Shown here: positions 8,083 to 18,026 of the stretch, piece after piece
Numbering within the stretch: the stretch's first letter is position 1
How the letters are laid out: the number at the start of each line of letters is the position of its first letter
Assembly (NCBI RefSeq): GCF_001564455.1
Contig: NZ_CP011391.1
Coordinates: 1,110,001 to 1,142,000 of the forward strand
DNA: 32,000 nt
From: Faecalibaculum rodentium
GTDB taxonomy: Bacteria > Bacillota_I > Bacilli_A > Erysipelotrichales > Erysipelotrichaceae
Reading direction: 5' to 3'
Translations under genes and position numbers: made by a program
The notes under the pieces: generated by a model
What the model saw: the letters and a program-made list of their open reading frames with translations, nothing else
Told to the model about the DNA's origin: nothing
Database searches by the model: none

Positions 8083-9461
8083 GCGAACAGCTGGTCGTGC
8101 CGGTTTCGGCTCTGGTCACCCGGATCAAAACCTGCCTGCAGCAGAACCTTCGGCTGGATGGCGTCTGGATCCAGGGCGAGATTTCAAATCTGACCAGACA
8201 CCGGAGCGGTCACTACTATTTTTCCATCAAGGACGCAGCCAGCGAACTGACGTGCGTCATGTTCCGCTCCTATGTGCAGAAGATGAATTTCCGGCTGGAA
8301 GAAGGCATGTCTGTGCTCGCAAGCGGAGATGTCAATGTCTATGAGCAGCGGGGCAGCCTGCAGTTTTATGTGCGGGCCCTGAAACCGGATGGTGTCGGGG
8401 AACTGTATCTGGAGCTGGAGCGCCGGAAGAAGAAGCTGGAAGCCGAGGGGATCTTTTCCCTGAACAAGCGTCCCAAACCCCGGGGGATCCAGAAGATCGG
8501 GATCATCACCGCAAAGGAAGGTGCTGCGCTGCAGGATGTGCGGCGCACGATTGCCAGCCGCTGGCCCATGGCCGAGCTGTTTCTGTTTCCGGCCACGGTG
8601 CAGGGAAAACAGGCGCCGGCGAGCATTCTGAAGGCGCTTGACCAGGCGGATGATGCCGGGCTGGACGCCATCCTGCTGGTGCGGGGCGGTGGCAGCTTCG
8701 AGGATCTGTTCTGTTTCAATGACGAAAACATCGCAAGACGGCTGGCACACATGAAGACATACACCGTTACGGGAGTCGGGCATGAAGTGGACACCACACT
8801 TGCGGATTTTGCGGCAGACCAGCGCACTGCCACCCCCACGGCTGCTGCCCAGTGGATCACCCCGGATCAGAAAGAGGTCTGGCAGTGGTTTGAGCAGAAG
8901 CGGGTACAGCTGATCCAGTCCATGAATGCCCGCATGGATCAGGCAGCGGCCAGACTGCTGCAGTACCAGTCCAATCCCTATCTGGCCGACCCGCTGTCCT
9001 GGGCGCAGAAGAAGGAACTGGAGCTGGCGGCCGTCAGCACCCGGCTGAAGTCCGCCCAGGCATCCTTTGCGGCGGCGCAGCAGAACCGGCTGGCTTCGCT
9101 TCGTCTGCAGCTGAACAGGCAAAGCCCGCAGGCCAGGATCCAGGTGGAACTGGTCCGGCTGGGGCAGCTGGATCAGATGCTCGGGCAGTCCATGCAGGAG
9201 TTTGCCCGCGGACAGCGGGACCGCCTTTGCAGAAATGCCTCCCTGCTGGATGCCTACAGTCCCCTGAAAGTCCTGTCCCGGGGCTATGCACTCGTGAGCG
9301 CAGAGGGACAACTGGTCCACAGCACGGCAGACATTCAGGCCGGGGCACTGGTGGATGTCCGGCTGCATGACGGAACACTGGAGGCTCAGGTGCTGAAAAC
9401 GAATCAGGGTCGTTCTGTCACCGGCAAAAACGACAGGCACGATGTGCAGGAGGAACAATAA
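8079..9461 (+). CDS. xseA: exodeoxyribonuclease VII large subunit
   Basis: N-terminal OB fold (VWIQGEISNLTRHRSGHYYFSIKD), core (IGIITAKEGAALQDV...RGGGSFEDL...HEVDTTLADF) and a long helical C-terminus. ATGA overlap with nusB. Confidence 0.92.
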   Translation: MSEQLVVPVSALVTRIKTCLQQNLRLDGVWIQGEISNLTRHRSGHYYFSIKDAASELTCVMFRSYVQKMNFRLEEGMSVLASGDVNVYEQRGSLQFYVRALKPDGVGELYLELERRKKKLEAEGIFSLNKRPKPRGIQKIGIITAKEGAALQDVRRTIASRWPMAELFLFPATVQGKQAPASILKALDQADDAGLDAILLVRGGGSFEDLFCFNDENIARRLAHMKTYTVTGVGHEVDTTLADFAADQRTATPTAAAQWITPDQKEVWQWFEQKRVQLIQSMNARMDQAAARLLQYQSNPYLADPLSWAQKKELELAAVSTRLKSAQASFAAAQQNRLASLRLQLNRQSPQARIQVELVRLGQLDQMLGQSMQEFARGQRDRLCRNASLLDAYSPLKVLSRGYALVSAEGQLVHSTADIQAGALVDVRLHDGTLEAQVLKTNQGRSVTGKNDRHDVQEEQ

Positions 9462-9464
9462 ACA

Positions 9465-9671
9465 ATGGAAACACAACAGTTGACCTTTCAGCAGGCCATG
9501 GTGCGGCTGGATGAAATCGTACGGCAGCTGAATTCGGGGAACCTGGAACTGGAAAAAGCCATGGAGCTCTTCGAAGAAGGGCTGAAGCTGACGCAGCAGT
9601 GCGAAGTGCAGCTGAAGGCATTTGAAAACAAAATGAACACGCTGATCGTGGAGACAGCCGGCAATGCGTGA
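9465..9671 (+). CDS. xseB: exodeoxyribonuclease VII small subunit
   Basis: 68 aa: TFQQAMVRLDEIVRQLNSGNLELEKAMELFEEGLKLTQQC. Immediately follows xseA. Confidence 0.88.
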   Translation: METQQLTFQQAMVRLDEIVRQLNSGNLELEKAMELFEEGLKLTQQCEVQLKAFENKMNTLIVETAGNA

Positions 9672-10494
9672 TTTCGAGACATGGCTGACTGCCAGCATGG
9701 ACAAACCGGACTCCAGGACCAGGCAGGCCATGTCCTATGCACTGCTGGCACCCGGCAAGCGGATTCGTCCGGCCCTGCTGCTGGCAGCGCTGGAAGACTA
9801 TGGCTGTGACCGTTCACTGGGCTATCCGGCAGCCGCAGCCCTGGAAATGATTCACACCTATTCGCTGATCCACGACGATCTTCCGGCCATGGATGACGAT
9901 GATCTCCGGCGCGGCAGACCCAGCACCCATAAGGCATTCTCCGAAGCCACGGCGATCCTTGCCGGTGATGCCCTGCTGACGCAGGCATTTGAAACCATTG
10001 CCGACAGCGATCCGGCTGTGGTGCCGGACCTGGTAAAGGTCCTGGCCAGGAATGCCGGTCCGGAAGGCATGATCCTGGGACAGACCCTGGACCTGGATGC
10101 CGAGGGCAGCCAGGATATCACCTTCGCCCAGCTGGAAGACATAGACCGGTACAAAACCGGCTGCCTGATCGCCGCAGCCCTGGAAATGGCGGCAGTCCTG
10201 GCGGGACATCCGGAGGACCGGGAAACGATGCAGGAAATCGGCATGAAACTGGGCATCGAGTTCCAGATTCAGGACGACATTCTGGATCTGACCAGCACGG
10301 AAGAAGCCATGGGGAAGTCTCTGTCGGATCAGGAACGCGGCAAGGCCACATTTGTCAGCACCCTGGGACTCGGCTCAGCCCGGGATATGGTGAAGGACCT
10401 GGACAGGCGGATCCGGCTTCTGACCGGTTCCCTGCACATGGATCCCGACCGGCTCGTCAAAGTGTTTGACCAGCTGCTGAACCGGTCCCGCTGA
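9664..10494 (+). CDS. ispA: farnesyl/geranyl diphosphate synthase (polyprenyl synthetase family)
   Basis: First Asp-rich motif LIHDDLPAMDDDDLRRGRP and second motif FQIQDDILD. Overlaps the end of xseB by 8 nt. Confidence 0.9.
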   Translation: MRDFETWLTASMDKPDSRTRQAMSYALLAPGKRIRPALLLAALEDYGCDRSLGYPAAAALEMIHTYSLIHDDLPAMDDDDLRRGRPSTHKAFSEATAILAGDALLTQAFETIADSDPAVVPDLVKVLARNAGPEGMILGQTLDLDAEGSQDITFAQLEDIDRYKTGCLIAAALEMAAVLAGHPEDRETMQEIGMKLGIEFQIQDDILDLTSTEEAMGKSLSDQERGKATFVSTLGLGSARDMVKDLDRRIRLLTGSLHMDPDRLVKVFDQLLNRSR

Positions 10495-10576
10495 GGACAT
10501 CCGGATCCTGGAGGTAGGAATTCTGTCTGCAACCGCCACAAAACGGCTGCAAAGCAAACGATGCAAAGGAGGAACT

Positions 10577-12529
10577 ATGCGGATACTGGATTTGAAAGAC
10601 CCCGGCCAGCTGAAAACGCTGTCCATCCCGCAGCTGGAATCCCTGGCACAGGAGATCCGCAGTTTCCTGATCCAGTCCCTGTCCAAAACCGGCGGGCATC
10701 TCTCCAGCAATCTGGGAATCGTGGAACTGACACTGGCTCTGCACTATGTGTTTGAGTCTCCGAAAGACAGGCTGCTGTTTGATGTCGGACACCAGTCCTA
10801 TGTCCACAAGATCCTCACAGGACGGGCCCCCCGGTTTGCAACGCTGCGTCAGCGGCACGGGCTGTCGGGATTCCAGAAGCGGGAAGAAAGTCCCCATGAT
10901 CCCTGGGAAGCCGGACATTCCAGCACCTCTCTGTCGGCAGCCCTCGGACTGGCCGTTGCGAGGGATCTGCAGAAAGAATCCGGAGAAGTCATTTCGGTGA
11001 TCGGAGACGGGGCCCTGACCGGCGGCATGGCCATGGAGGCACTGAACAACATTGGCATGCGGAAGGAGAAAGTCATCATTGTCTACAACGACAATGACAT
11101 GTCCATCTCCCCCAATCATGCCGGCTTCAAAAATCACCTGACGACTTTGCGGTCTTCCAGGGCATACCGGTCTGTGAAGCGGGACGTCAAAGCGGGACTG
11201 GAGCCTTCTCCGGCGCTGCTCAATGGTCTGTCTTCCATCCGGGATGTCCTGCGGGACAGTCTGGTGGATGGCGGTCTGTTTCAGCAGTTCGGGCTGGATT
11301 ACCTGGGGCCGGTGGACGGTCACAATCTGCCGGAACTGATCCGGACGCTGGAGACAGCCAGGGAACATCATGGATCGGTGGTTGTGCATGTCAGAACCCG
11401 GAAGGGAATGGGCTACGCACCCGCGCAGCAGGACAGAACCGGTCAGTGGCACGGGGTGCCCCCCTTCGATCCGGCAACCGGCCGCTTCCGCAGCAGCGGA
11501 TGTGCCGGTGAGGAAAGCTGGTCCCTGATCATTGCGGATGCCGTCAGTCGCCTTGCTGCAAAGGATCCCCGCATTACGGTGCTCACGCCTGCCATGGCCA
11601 ATGGATCGAAGCTCCTGCAGTTTGCCGCGAAATATCCGGACCGGTTCTTCGACTGCGGCATTGCCGAGGAACATACCGTGACGGCGGCCGGCGGCATGGC
11701 GGCCGGCGGACTGCGGCCCTTTGTCTCCATTTACTCCAGTTTTCTGCAGCGCGCCTATGACCAGGTGCTGCACGATGTCGCCAGACAGCACCTGCCTGTG
11801 GTCTTTGGCGTGGACCGTGCAGGACTGGTGGGGGAAGACGGAGACACGCATCAGGGCATTTATGACATCGCCTTTCTGCGGACGATTCCGGATGTGGTGA
11901 TCTGCCAGCCGAAGGATGCACAGGAAGCCCAGGATCTGGTGTATTCTGCCTTCCTGCACAGTGATCCCTGTTTCATCCGCTATCCGCGGGGTACGACCGC
12001 CGCAAAGCGGAAGGATGTCCTGGAAGAAATTCAAACCGGGACCTGGACATGGTTTGATGAAGGGACCCCGGAACAAATCGTGATCACCTATGGTCCGGAA
12101 GTCGATCGGGTGCGGGAAAAGGCAAAGGTCAACGGAACCGGACTCCGTGTGGTGAATGCCCGGTTTTTCAAGCCGGTGGATGAAGCCATGATCCGGGAGC
12201 TGTTTGCCATGGGCCTGCCTGTCACGGTGTTTGAGACCGATGTATCCCAGGGGGGACTGTCTTCCGCGATCCGCGACTGCCTGGCAAAAAGCGGGGATCC
12301 CGTTCCGGCGTTTCATGTGATCGGTCTGCCGGATGCCTTCATTCCTCATGGCAGCGTCCGTGCGCTTCGCAAAGAGGAAGGCATATCTCTGGAGGATCTC
12401 TTTGACTGGATCGAACGAAAATCAGGCACTGACAACCGCCAGGCGGAGGGAACCCGGCGGGTCGATGCCGGTGTACGCCCGTCCAGCGGGGAACCCGGGC
12501 CTTCCTCCGGGAACGGGAGCCTGTCATGA
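10577..12529 (+). CDS. dxs: 1-deoxy-D-xylulose-5-phosphate synthase
   Basis: GGHLSSNLG, VGHQSYVHKILTGR, GDGALTGGMA, DCGIAEEH, DRAGLVGEDGDTHQG. AAAGGAGGAA SD upstream. The C-terminal ~35 aa are Gly/Pro/Ser/Arg-rich. Confidence 0.95.
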   Translation: MRILDLKDPGQLKTLSIPQLESLAQEIRSFLIQSLSKTGGHLSSNLGIVELTLALHYVFESPKDRLLFDVGHQSYVHKILTGRAPRFATLRQRHGLSGFQKREESPHDPWEAGHSSTSLSAALGLAVARDLQKESGEVISVIGDGALTGGMAMEALNNIGMRKEKVIIVYNDNDMSISPNHAGFKNHLTTLRSSRAYRSVKRDVKAGLEPSPALLNGLSSIRDVLRDSLVDGGLFQQFGLDYLGPVDGHNLPELIRTLETAREHHGSVVVHVRTRKGMGYAPAQQDRTGQWHGVPPFDPATGRFRSSGCAGEESWSLIIADAVSRLAAKDPRITVLTPAMANGSKLLQFAAKYPDRFFDCGIAEEHTVTAAGGMAAGGLRPFVSIYSSFLQRAYDQVLHDVARQHLPVVFGVDRAGLVGEDGDTHQGIYDIAFLRTIPDVVICQPKDAQEAQDLVYSAFLHSDPCFIRYPRGTTAAKRKDVLEEIQTGTWTWFDEGTPEQIVITYGPEVDRVREKAKVNGTGLRVVNARFFKPVDEAMIRELFAMGLPVTVFETDVSQGGLSSAIRDCLAKSGDPVPAFHVIGLPDAFIPHGSVRALRKEEGISLEDLFDWIERKSGTDNRQAEGTRRVDAGVRPSSGEPGPSSGNGSLS

Positions 12530-13248
12530 GACTGGACAGGCTGCTGGCAGAAACCATGGGCTCCCGTGCGAAGGCACAGGATGCCATTCGTGCAGGCCGG
12601 ATCCAGGTGGACGGCAAACCGGTGAGCAAGCCCAGTCTGGATGTATCCGATCCGGAACAGGTCACCATATTGCCGGCTGAAGCAGATTTCGTCTCCCGTG
12701 CAGGGGCCAAACTGAAAAAGGCGGTGGATGTGTGCAGCATTGATCTGCAGGGACAGACGGTGCTGGACATCGGGGCCAGCACTGGCGGATTCACCGATGT
12801 CTGCCTGCAGCATGGGGCTGCGAAAGTCTATGCCGTGGATGTGGGACACCTGCAGCTGGCGGACAAACTGGACCGGGATCCGCGGGTGGTGAAGATGGAA
12901 GGCGTCAATGCCCGGGATCTGCAGCCACAGGACCTTCCGGATGTTCCGGAGTTTCTGTGCATGGATGTATCCTTCATCTCTGCGAAAACGGTCCTGGAGC
13001 CGCTGCTGCAGCGGTTCGCTGTCAGACACCTGGCTGTCCTGGTGAAGCCGCAGTTTGAATGCGGCCCTGCAGCCCTGAACAAACACGGGGTGCTGCGGGA
13101 TGACCGGCTGCGCTCGAGGATCATCCAGGACATGAAAACGTGGCTTCTGCAGTATTTTGTCCATGTCCGGATTGTGGATGACATCCTGCCGGGCCGCAGC
13201 GGAAACCGCGAAGCCATGCTGTATGCCTGGGAAAGGAGAATGCGATGA
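12526..13248 (+). CDS. tlyA: TlyA-family rRNA 2'-O-methyltransferase (S4 domain plus FtsJ-like MTase)
   Basis: MRLDRLLA...AIRAGRIQVDGKP (S4), FVSRAGAKL, and the SAM motif LDIGASTGGFTD. ATGA overlap with dxs. Confidence 0.88.
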   Translation: MRLDRLLAETMGSRAKAQDAIRAGRIQVDGKPVSKPSLDVSDPEQVTILPAEADFVSRAGAKLKKAVDVCSIDLQGQTVLDIGASTGGFTDVCLQHGAAKVYAVDVGHLQLADKLDRDPRVVKMEGVNARDLQPQDLPDVPEFLCMDVSFISAKTVLEPLLQRFAVRHLAVLVKPQFECGPAALNKHGVLRDDRLRSRIIQDMKTWLLQYFVHVRIVDDILPGRSGNREAMLYAWERRMR

Positions 13249-14894
13249 TCGAGCAGATCACTGTACAGAACTATATTCTGTTCGACAAAGCCTCAGTGGA
13301 GTTTGAAGACGGGATGTCTGTCATTACCGGTGAAACCGGGGCTGGCAAATCGCTGCTGATCGATGCCATCGGCTATCTGTGTGGCGGCCGGATCCAGGGC
13401 AGCATCGTCCGCCAGGGACAGGACAAAGCCGTGCTGCGCATGGTCCTGACCTCCAGCCCCGCTGCAGATGCGCTGCTGTTAGAACATGGGTTTGAGCCTG
13501 AGGAAGTGCTGACCATCACCAGAACAGTCAATGCCGCAGGCAAGTCACAGGTCCGTCTGAACGGACAGATCACGACCCTTGGTTTCATCCGCCAGCTCAC
13601 AGCACGCCTGATCGACATTCACTCCCAGCTGGATACCATTCAGCTGATGGATCCGGCTGTGCAGCTGGATCTGCTGGATCAGTATGCAGGCGTCGACAGA
13701 CAGGGTGTCCAGGATGCATGGAAGGAGTTTGCATCGGCCAGACAGGCGCTGCAGCAGGCACAGAACGAAACATACTCCGATGAAGAGCTGGAGTTTGTGA
13801 CCGCACAGCTCAATGAAATCGATTCCGCAAAAGCCGGGGAAGGGGAACTGGAACAGCTCCAGGAATCCATCAGGACCGCCAGCCGGTCACAGAAAACGGA
13901 AGAAGAAGTCCGGGAGATCCTGGGACTGCTGAAAAAAGACGGCGGCATCCTGGAGAGTGTCTATGAACTGGCGAGGGTCATGAAGAAAAACCCAGGGCTG
14001 GCCGGCCGCAGCGATGAGATCCAGTCCCTGTACTACCAGCTGGAATCTGTGGGAGAGGAAGCCCAGGAACAGCTCGACAGTGTGCGGGACCAGGCACGGG
14101 ACCTGGATGCGATGCAGGACCGGGAGTATCAGCTGAAGCGCCTGTACCGGAAATACGGGGGCAGCCGGGAAGCCATGATGGAGAAACGCCAGGCACTGGA
14201 AACCAGGGTGGACCGGATCCTTCACCGCCAGGACCTGTTTGATAAACTGGAAAAACAGAAAAAAGCGGCTCTGGCAGCTTATGTGGAAAAAGCCCGGGCT
14301 TTGTCCAAAGCCAGGGAAGCCGTCATACCGGAACTGCAGGAACAGATCCTCTCCCATGCCAGAGACCTGATGCTGGAACATGCCCGGTTTGAGATCCGGC
14401 GGACGGACAAAACCCCCGGAGAGACGGGAATGGATGACATCACCTTTTATGCCAGCATGAACCCAGGCCAGCCGCTGACACCTGTCAGACAGTCGGCATC
14501 CGGCGGTGAACTGTCACGACTCATGCTGGCGCTGAAGACAGTGTTTCAGACCAGAGAAGGCATTGACACCATCATTTTTGACGAAATCGATACCGGTGTA
14601 TCCGGCAAAGTGGCACTGGCCATGGGGTCCAAGATGCACAAAATCGCAGAAAATCGGCAGGTGCTGTGCATTACGCACCTGGCAAGCGTCGCTGTCTGGG
14701 CTGACCGGCATTTCACCGTATCCAAGGAATCAGACGGTCAGACCACACTGACCCGGATCAGCGAGCTGGATCATGAGGAAACACTCCGCGAACTGGCCAT
14801 CATGGCCCATGGTCACGCCACCGAACAGGCCGTGGATGGAATGCGGGAACTTCAGAAGGAGGTTCTGGATGGCCAGAGTCCTGTTTCACATTGA
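13245..14894 (+). CDS. recN: DNA repair protein RecN
   Basis: Walker A ITGETGAGKS, a long coiled-coil middle, the signature SGGELSRLMLALK and Walker B TIIFDEIDTG. ATGA overlap with tlyA. Confidence 0.93.
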   Translation: MIEQITVQNYILFDKASVEFEDGMSVITGETGAGKSLLIDAIGYLCGGRIQGSIVRQGQDKAVLRMVLTSSPAADALLLEHGFEPEEVLTITRTVNAAGKSQVRLNGQITTLGFIRQLTARLIDIHSQLDTIQLMDPAVQLDLLDQYAGVDRQGVQDAWKEFASARQALQQAQNETYSDEELEFVTAQLNEIDSAKAGEGELEQLQESIRTASRSQKTEEEVREILGLLKKDGGILESVYELARVMKKNPGLAGRSDEIQSLYYQLESVGEEAQEQLDSVRDQARDLDAMQDREYQLKRLYRKYGGSREAMMEKRQALETRVDRILHRQDLFDKLEKQKKAALAAYVEKARALSKAREAVIPELQEQILSHARDLMLEHARFEIRRTDKTPGETGMDDITFYASMNPGQPLTPVRQSASGGELSRLMLALKTVFQTREGIDTIIFDEIDTGVSGKVALAMGSKMHKIAENRQVLCITHLASVAVWADRHFTVSKESDGQTTLTRISELDHEETLRELAIMAHGHATEQAVDGMRELQKEVLDGQSPVSH

Positions 14895-16158
14895 CCTGAA
14901 TGCATTCTTCGCGAGTGCTGAAGAACTGCGTCATCCTGAATACAAAGAGCGGCCCATGGCAGTGGGCTCTTTGTCTTCCAGAGGCGTGCTGTCCACAGCC
15001 AATTACGCTGCCAGGGCCCTGGGCATCCATTCCGCCATGCCGGTGTTCCAGGCCAGGCAGCTGGATCCGGACCTGATCATTGTTCCGGGAGACCATGCCT
15101 ATTACCGTCGGCTCTCCGGGGAGTTTTTCCGGATCCTCCGGCGGTTTTCTCCCATGCTCGAACCGGTTTCCATCGATGAGTGTTTTCTCGATGTGACCGA
15201 CCCGATCCGCAGGTACAAGCGGCCTCTGGACCTGGCTGTGGCTATCCAGACAGCGGTCTATGAGGAACTGGGGCTGAAATGCTCCATCGGCGTGGCTCCC
15301 AACCGCTTTCTGGCGAAAATGGCCAGCGACATGCGCAAACCCATGGGCATCACTGTGCTGCGCAAATCCGAGGTCCCGGCCAAGCTCTGGCCCCTGGACA
15401 TCAGCGATATGGTGGGAATCGGAAAGAAAACCGTGCCGCTGCTGAAAAAAGCCGGTGTGGACACCATCGGCGACCTGGCGGATCCGGAGAATGAAGAGGC
15501 TGTCCGCCGGATCCTTGGAAAAAATGCCCTGTCCATGATCCGCAAGGCCCGGGGCAATGGCCCGGACAAACTGGAGTTTTCCTCCACCCACAAGTCTGTC
15601 TCTGTTTCCCGGACGCTGACAGTGGATATTTACACCCTGGAAGAGTCTTTGAGCTTTGCGAGGGATCTGTGCAGGGAACTGGTCAGGCGCCTGCAGAAGG
15701 AGGGGCAGAAAGGCATGCTGATCAGTGTGGTGTTTCGGGATGTGGACTTCCGGAACAAAGTGCGGTCCCGGACACTGGAGGAATATACCGATCAGTTCGA
15801 GCCGGTCTTCGAGACAGTGCAGTCAATCATTGAGCAGAACTTCGAGCCGGAGGGATACCGGCATATGGGTGTCAGCATGGGATCCCTGCAGGATGCGGAC
15901 AAGATCCTGATGCAGCCGACGATTTTTGAACCTGTACAGGATACCGCCCGGGATGTTGTGAATCTGCTGAACCGCAAGTTCGATCAGTCCGTATTCACCA
16001 CAGCCGGGGATCTGCTGAAACAGCGGGAGGAAAAAGGCGCGCAGCCAGGATCGGCAGGAGTGGCTGAACGGGAACAGACAGTCTCTGTCGGTGACCGTCC
16101 GGACCATAGGGATCAGACCGGGCCTGTCGAGATGCAGGGTGGAACAGAGAATGACTGA
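14869..16158 (+). CDS. dinB: DNA polymerase IV (Y-family)
   Basis: ILFHIDLNAFFASAE, SIDECFLDVT, VGVAPNRFLAKMASDMRKP. Start chosen at MARVLF (14869), with AAGGAGG 8 nt upstream; it overlaps the recN 3' end by 26 nt. Confidence 0.9.
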   Translation: MARVLFHIDLNAFFASAEELRHPEYKERPMAVGSLSSRGVLSTANYAARALGIHSAMPVFQARQLDPDLIIVPGDHAYYRRLSGEFFRILRRFSPMLEPVSIDECFLDVTDPIRRYKRPLDLAVAIQTAVYEELGLKCSIGVAPNRFLAKMASDMRKPMGITVLRKSEVPAKLWPLDISDMVGIGKKTVPLLKKAGVDTIGDLADPENEEAVRRILGKNALSMIRKARGNGPDKLEFSSTHKSVSVSRTLTVDIYTLEESLSFARDLCRELVRRLQKEGQKGMLISVVFRDVDFRNKVRSRTLEEYTDQFEPVFETVQSIIEQNFEPEGYRHMGVSMGSLQDADKILMQPTIFEPVQDTARDVVNLLNRKFDQSVFTTAGDLLKQREEKGAQPGSAGVAEREQTVSVGDRPDHRDQTGPVEMQGGTEND

Positions 16159-16936
16159 GGCAGGACTGGAAAAGAAAACAGGGCCCGCAATGGAAGCAGA
16201 AAAGCCGCTCAGACAGGACTGGTTTCTGGATCCGGACCGGCGGATCTGGCAGCACCCGGATCATTTCCGGTTCAACACAGATACAGCGCTGCTGGCGAAA
16301 TTCATGGTAATCCGGCCCGGAGAAACCGTGATCGATATCGGAACCAACAACGGAGTGCTGCTGGTGTATGCCGATGACAGCCATCCTGCCCTCATGACCG
16401 GCATTGAACTGCTGCATGAACCGGCTCAGGTGGCAAGACAAAACCTGTCTGTCTGCCACAGTCCCTGGGAGATCCTGGAGCAGCCGGTGCAGCAGGTCAT
16501 GGACCGGAAAGCCGATGTGGTAATCTCCAACCCGCCGTATTTCTCTTTGCAGGCAACCGACCGGAAGACCCCGCTGACACTCCGGCAGCAGGGAAGAGCC
16601 GAGTTTCACCTGACCCTGGGAGAACTCTGCGAAGCGGCTTCCCGGTTTCTGAATGACGGAGGCCGGTTCTATCTTGTGCACCGGCCGGACAGACTGCAGG
16701 AGATCCTGACGGTGCTGGAAAAGCATCACCTGATTGTCAAACGCCTGCAGCTGGTGTATGACCGACGTGACAGTTTATGCAAGTCTCTGCTGGTGGAAGC
16801 CAGGAAAAATGGCCGGACCGGGGGACTGGCCATGGAACCGCCATTGTGGATCGGTGTGGCTGCGGGTGATGGAAACGAAGAAAGATCCGGTGATTCCGGC
16901 TGCAGACTTGGCGAACCGGACACATTGGCAGTATGA
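16151..16936 (+). CDS. N6-adenine methyltransferase, TrmN6/YfiC-like (tRNA m6A37-type)
   Basis: FRFNTDTALLAKF, VIDIGTNNGVL, VISNPPYF (NPPY motif), GGRFYLVHRP. The start at 16151 overlaps the dinB stop; the alternative is ATG at 16190. Confidence 0.8.
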   Translation: MTEAGLEKKTGPAMEAEKPLRQDWFLDPDRRIWQHPDHFRFNTDTALLAKFMVIRPGETVIDIGTNNGVLLVYADDSHPALMTGIELLHEPAQVARQNLSVCHSPWEILEQPVQQVMDRKADVVISNPPYFSLQATDRKTPLTLRQQGRAEFHLTLGELCEAASRFLNDGGRFYLVHRPDRLQEILTVLEKHHLIVKRLQLVYDRRDSLCKSLLVEARKNGRTGGLAMEPPLWIGVAAGDGNEERSGDSGCRLGEPDTLAV

Positions 16937-16963
16937 TGAACTCTGACAGTCAGAAGGAGGAAG

Positions 16964-17824
16964 ATGAACATGTCTTGTGAAGGTTGTCCGTCCAAAGGGA
17001 ACTGCTCGAAAGACAGCACACTGTGCTCCGTGCAGACGAATCCCAAAAACCATATAAAACACGTGATTGCCGTTTTATCCGGCAAAGGCGGTGTGGGAAA
17101 ATCCACTGTTACAGTCCTGCTGGCCCGTGCCCTGAAACAGATGGGACTGCAGGTCGGTGTCATGGATGCCGATATCACCGGTCCCAGTATTCCGCGGCTC
17201 TTTGGCATTGAATCGGAAAAGGCCTATGCTACGGGCGAGAACGAAATCATTCCTGTGAAGACACAGGAGGGAATCGAAGTAATGTCCCTGAACTACCTGC
17301 TGAAGAACGAAGATGACCCGGTCATCTGGCGGGGTCCGATCGTCGGCAACGTGGTCAAGCAGTTTTATACAGATGTGATCTGGGGCGACCTGGATGTGCT
17401 GCTGATCGACATGCCTCCCGGAACCGGAGATGTGGCGCTGACCATTCTGCAGCAGCTGCCGGTCCAGGGTGTGATCATGGTTTCCACACCTCAGCCCATG
17501 GTCTCCATGATTGTGTCCAAAGCTGTGCACATGTGTGAACAGATGCATGTTCCTGTTCTGGGTATCCTGGAAAACATGGCGTATCTGGACTGCCCGCACT
17601 GTGGCGAACGGATTGATTTCTACAACACAGATCAGCTGTCGGAATTCCTGGAGTCTTCCGGGCTGAAGCTGTACGGCACCCTGCCGATGATGGACCTGAT
17701 CCGGGATGTGAGCGGATATGAAGGCTACGACCTCCGGAGCCGGGAACAGGTGGATGGCTTCATGAAAGATGTGGCTGCCCAGGTCATGGCAGATGTGACA
17801 GCTTCAGCACAACAGCAGGCATGA
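16964..17824 (+). CDS. mrp: Mrp/ApbC/NBP35-family Fe-S cluster carrier ATPase
   Basis: Deviant Walker A SGKGGVGKST, DMPPGTGD, and bridging CPHC. The N-terminus carries C-x2-C-x5-C-x6-C (CEGCPSKGNCSKDSTLC). The AAGGAGG SD serves ATG 16964 (3-nt spacing) or ATG 16970 (9-nt spacing). Confidence 0.9.
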   Translation: MNMSCEGCPSKGNCSKDSTLCSVQTNPKNHIKHVIAVLSGKGGVGKSTVTVLLARALKQMGLQVGVMDADITGPSIPRLFGIESEKAYATGENEIIPVKTQEGIEVMSLNYLLKNEDDPVIWRGPIVGNVVKQFYTDVIWGDLDVLLIDMPPGTGDVALTILQQLPVQGVIMVSTPQPMVSMIVSKAVHMCEQMHVPVLGILENMAYLDCPHCGERIDFYNTDQLSEFLESSGLKLYGTLPMMDLIRDVSGYEGYDLRSREQVDGFMKDVAAQVMADVTASAQQQA

Positions 17825-17877
17825 CAGCCGGCCTGTCGCAGGAAAGCATACAGGAAAATACAGGGAAACAGGTATGG

Positions 17878-17912
17878 ATCTCAGAGGTCCATGCCTGTTT
17901 TCACTATGACGT
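17878..17912 (+). terminator. probable intrinsic terminator closing the long plus-strand cluster
   Basis: acaggtatgga (17878-17888) pairs with tccatgcctgt (17898-17908), 11 bp with one G-U pair and a 9-nt loop, followed by TTTC. Confidence 0.55.
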
Positions 17913-18026
17913 CTGTGTGGAATTCCCGGGTCAGTTCCAGTTAAGTCACTTCTGCAGAAAACGGCTGGAGGCAGAAAAAAACTGCCTGCAGCAGGAAAGC
18001 GCAGACAGTCAGAAACTGAATTTCTG

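Noticed and set aside
8184-9731. Very long antisense ORFs opposite well-supported genes: 8184-9731 (515 aa, opposite xseA), 10457-12349 (630 aa, opposite dxs), 6238-7317 (opposite ribF), 20985-22142 (opposite murT), 4412-5338 (opposite ttcA), 12346-13164, 14800-15591, 5690-6535 and 23171-24157.
   Set aside because: These are shadow ORFs, as expected in GC-rich coding DNA. Their translations are low-complexity (Arg/Pro/Gly/His-rich) with no recognisable motifs, no SD and no sensible boundaries. The opposite strand carries strongly recognisable housekeeping proteins.
6277-16936. Pro/Gly/Asp/Ser/Arg-rich C-terminal tails on RibF (...GHDPDPDGVYATAESRQGSLPGPGA), Dxs (...RPSSGEPGPSSGNGSLS), DinB, the TrmN6-like protein, the TtcA-like protein and RecA.
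   Set aside because: The extensions are modest (tens of residues) and compositionally what GC-rich read-on into the next gene's start region produces. They are probably lineage-typical disordered tails, not a functional system.
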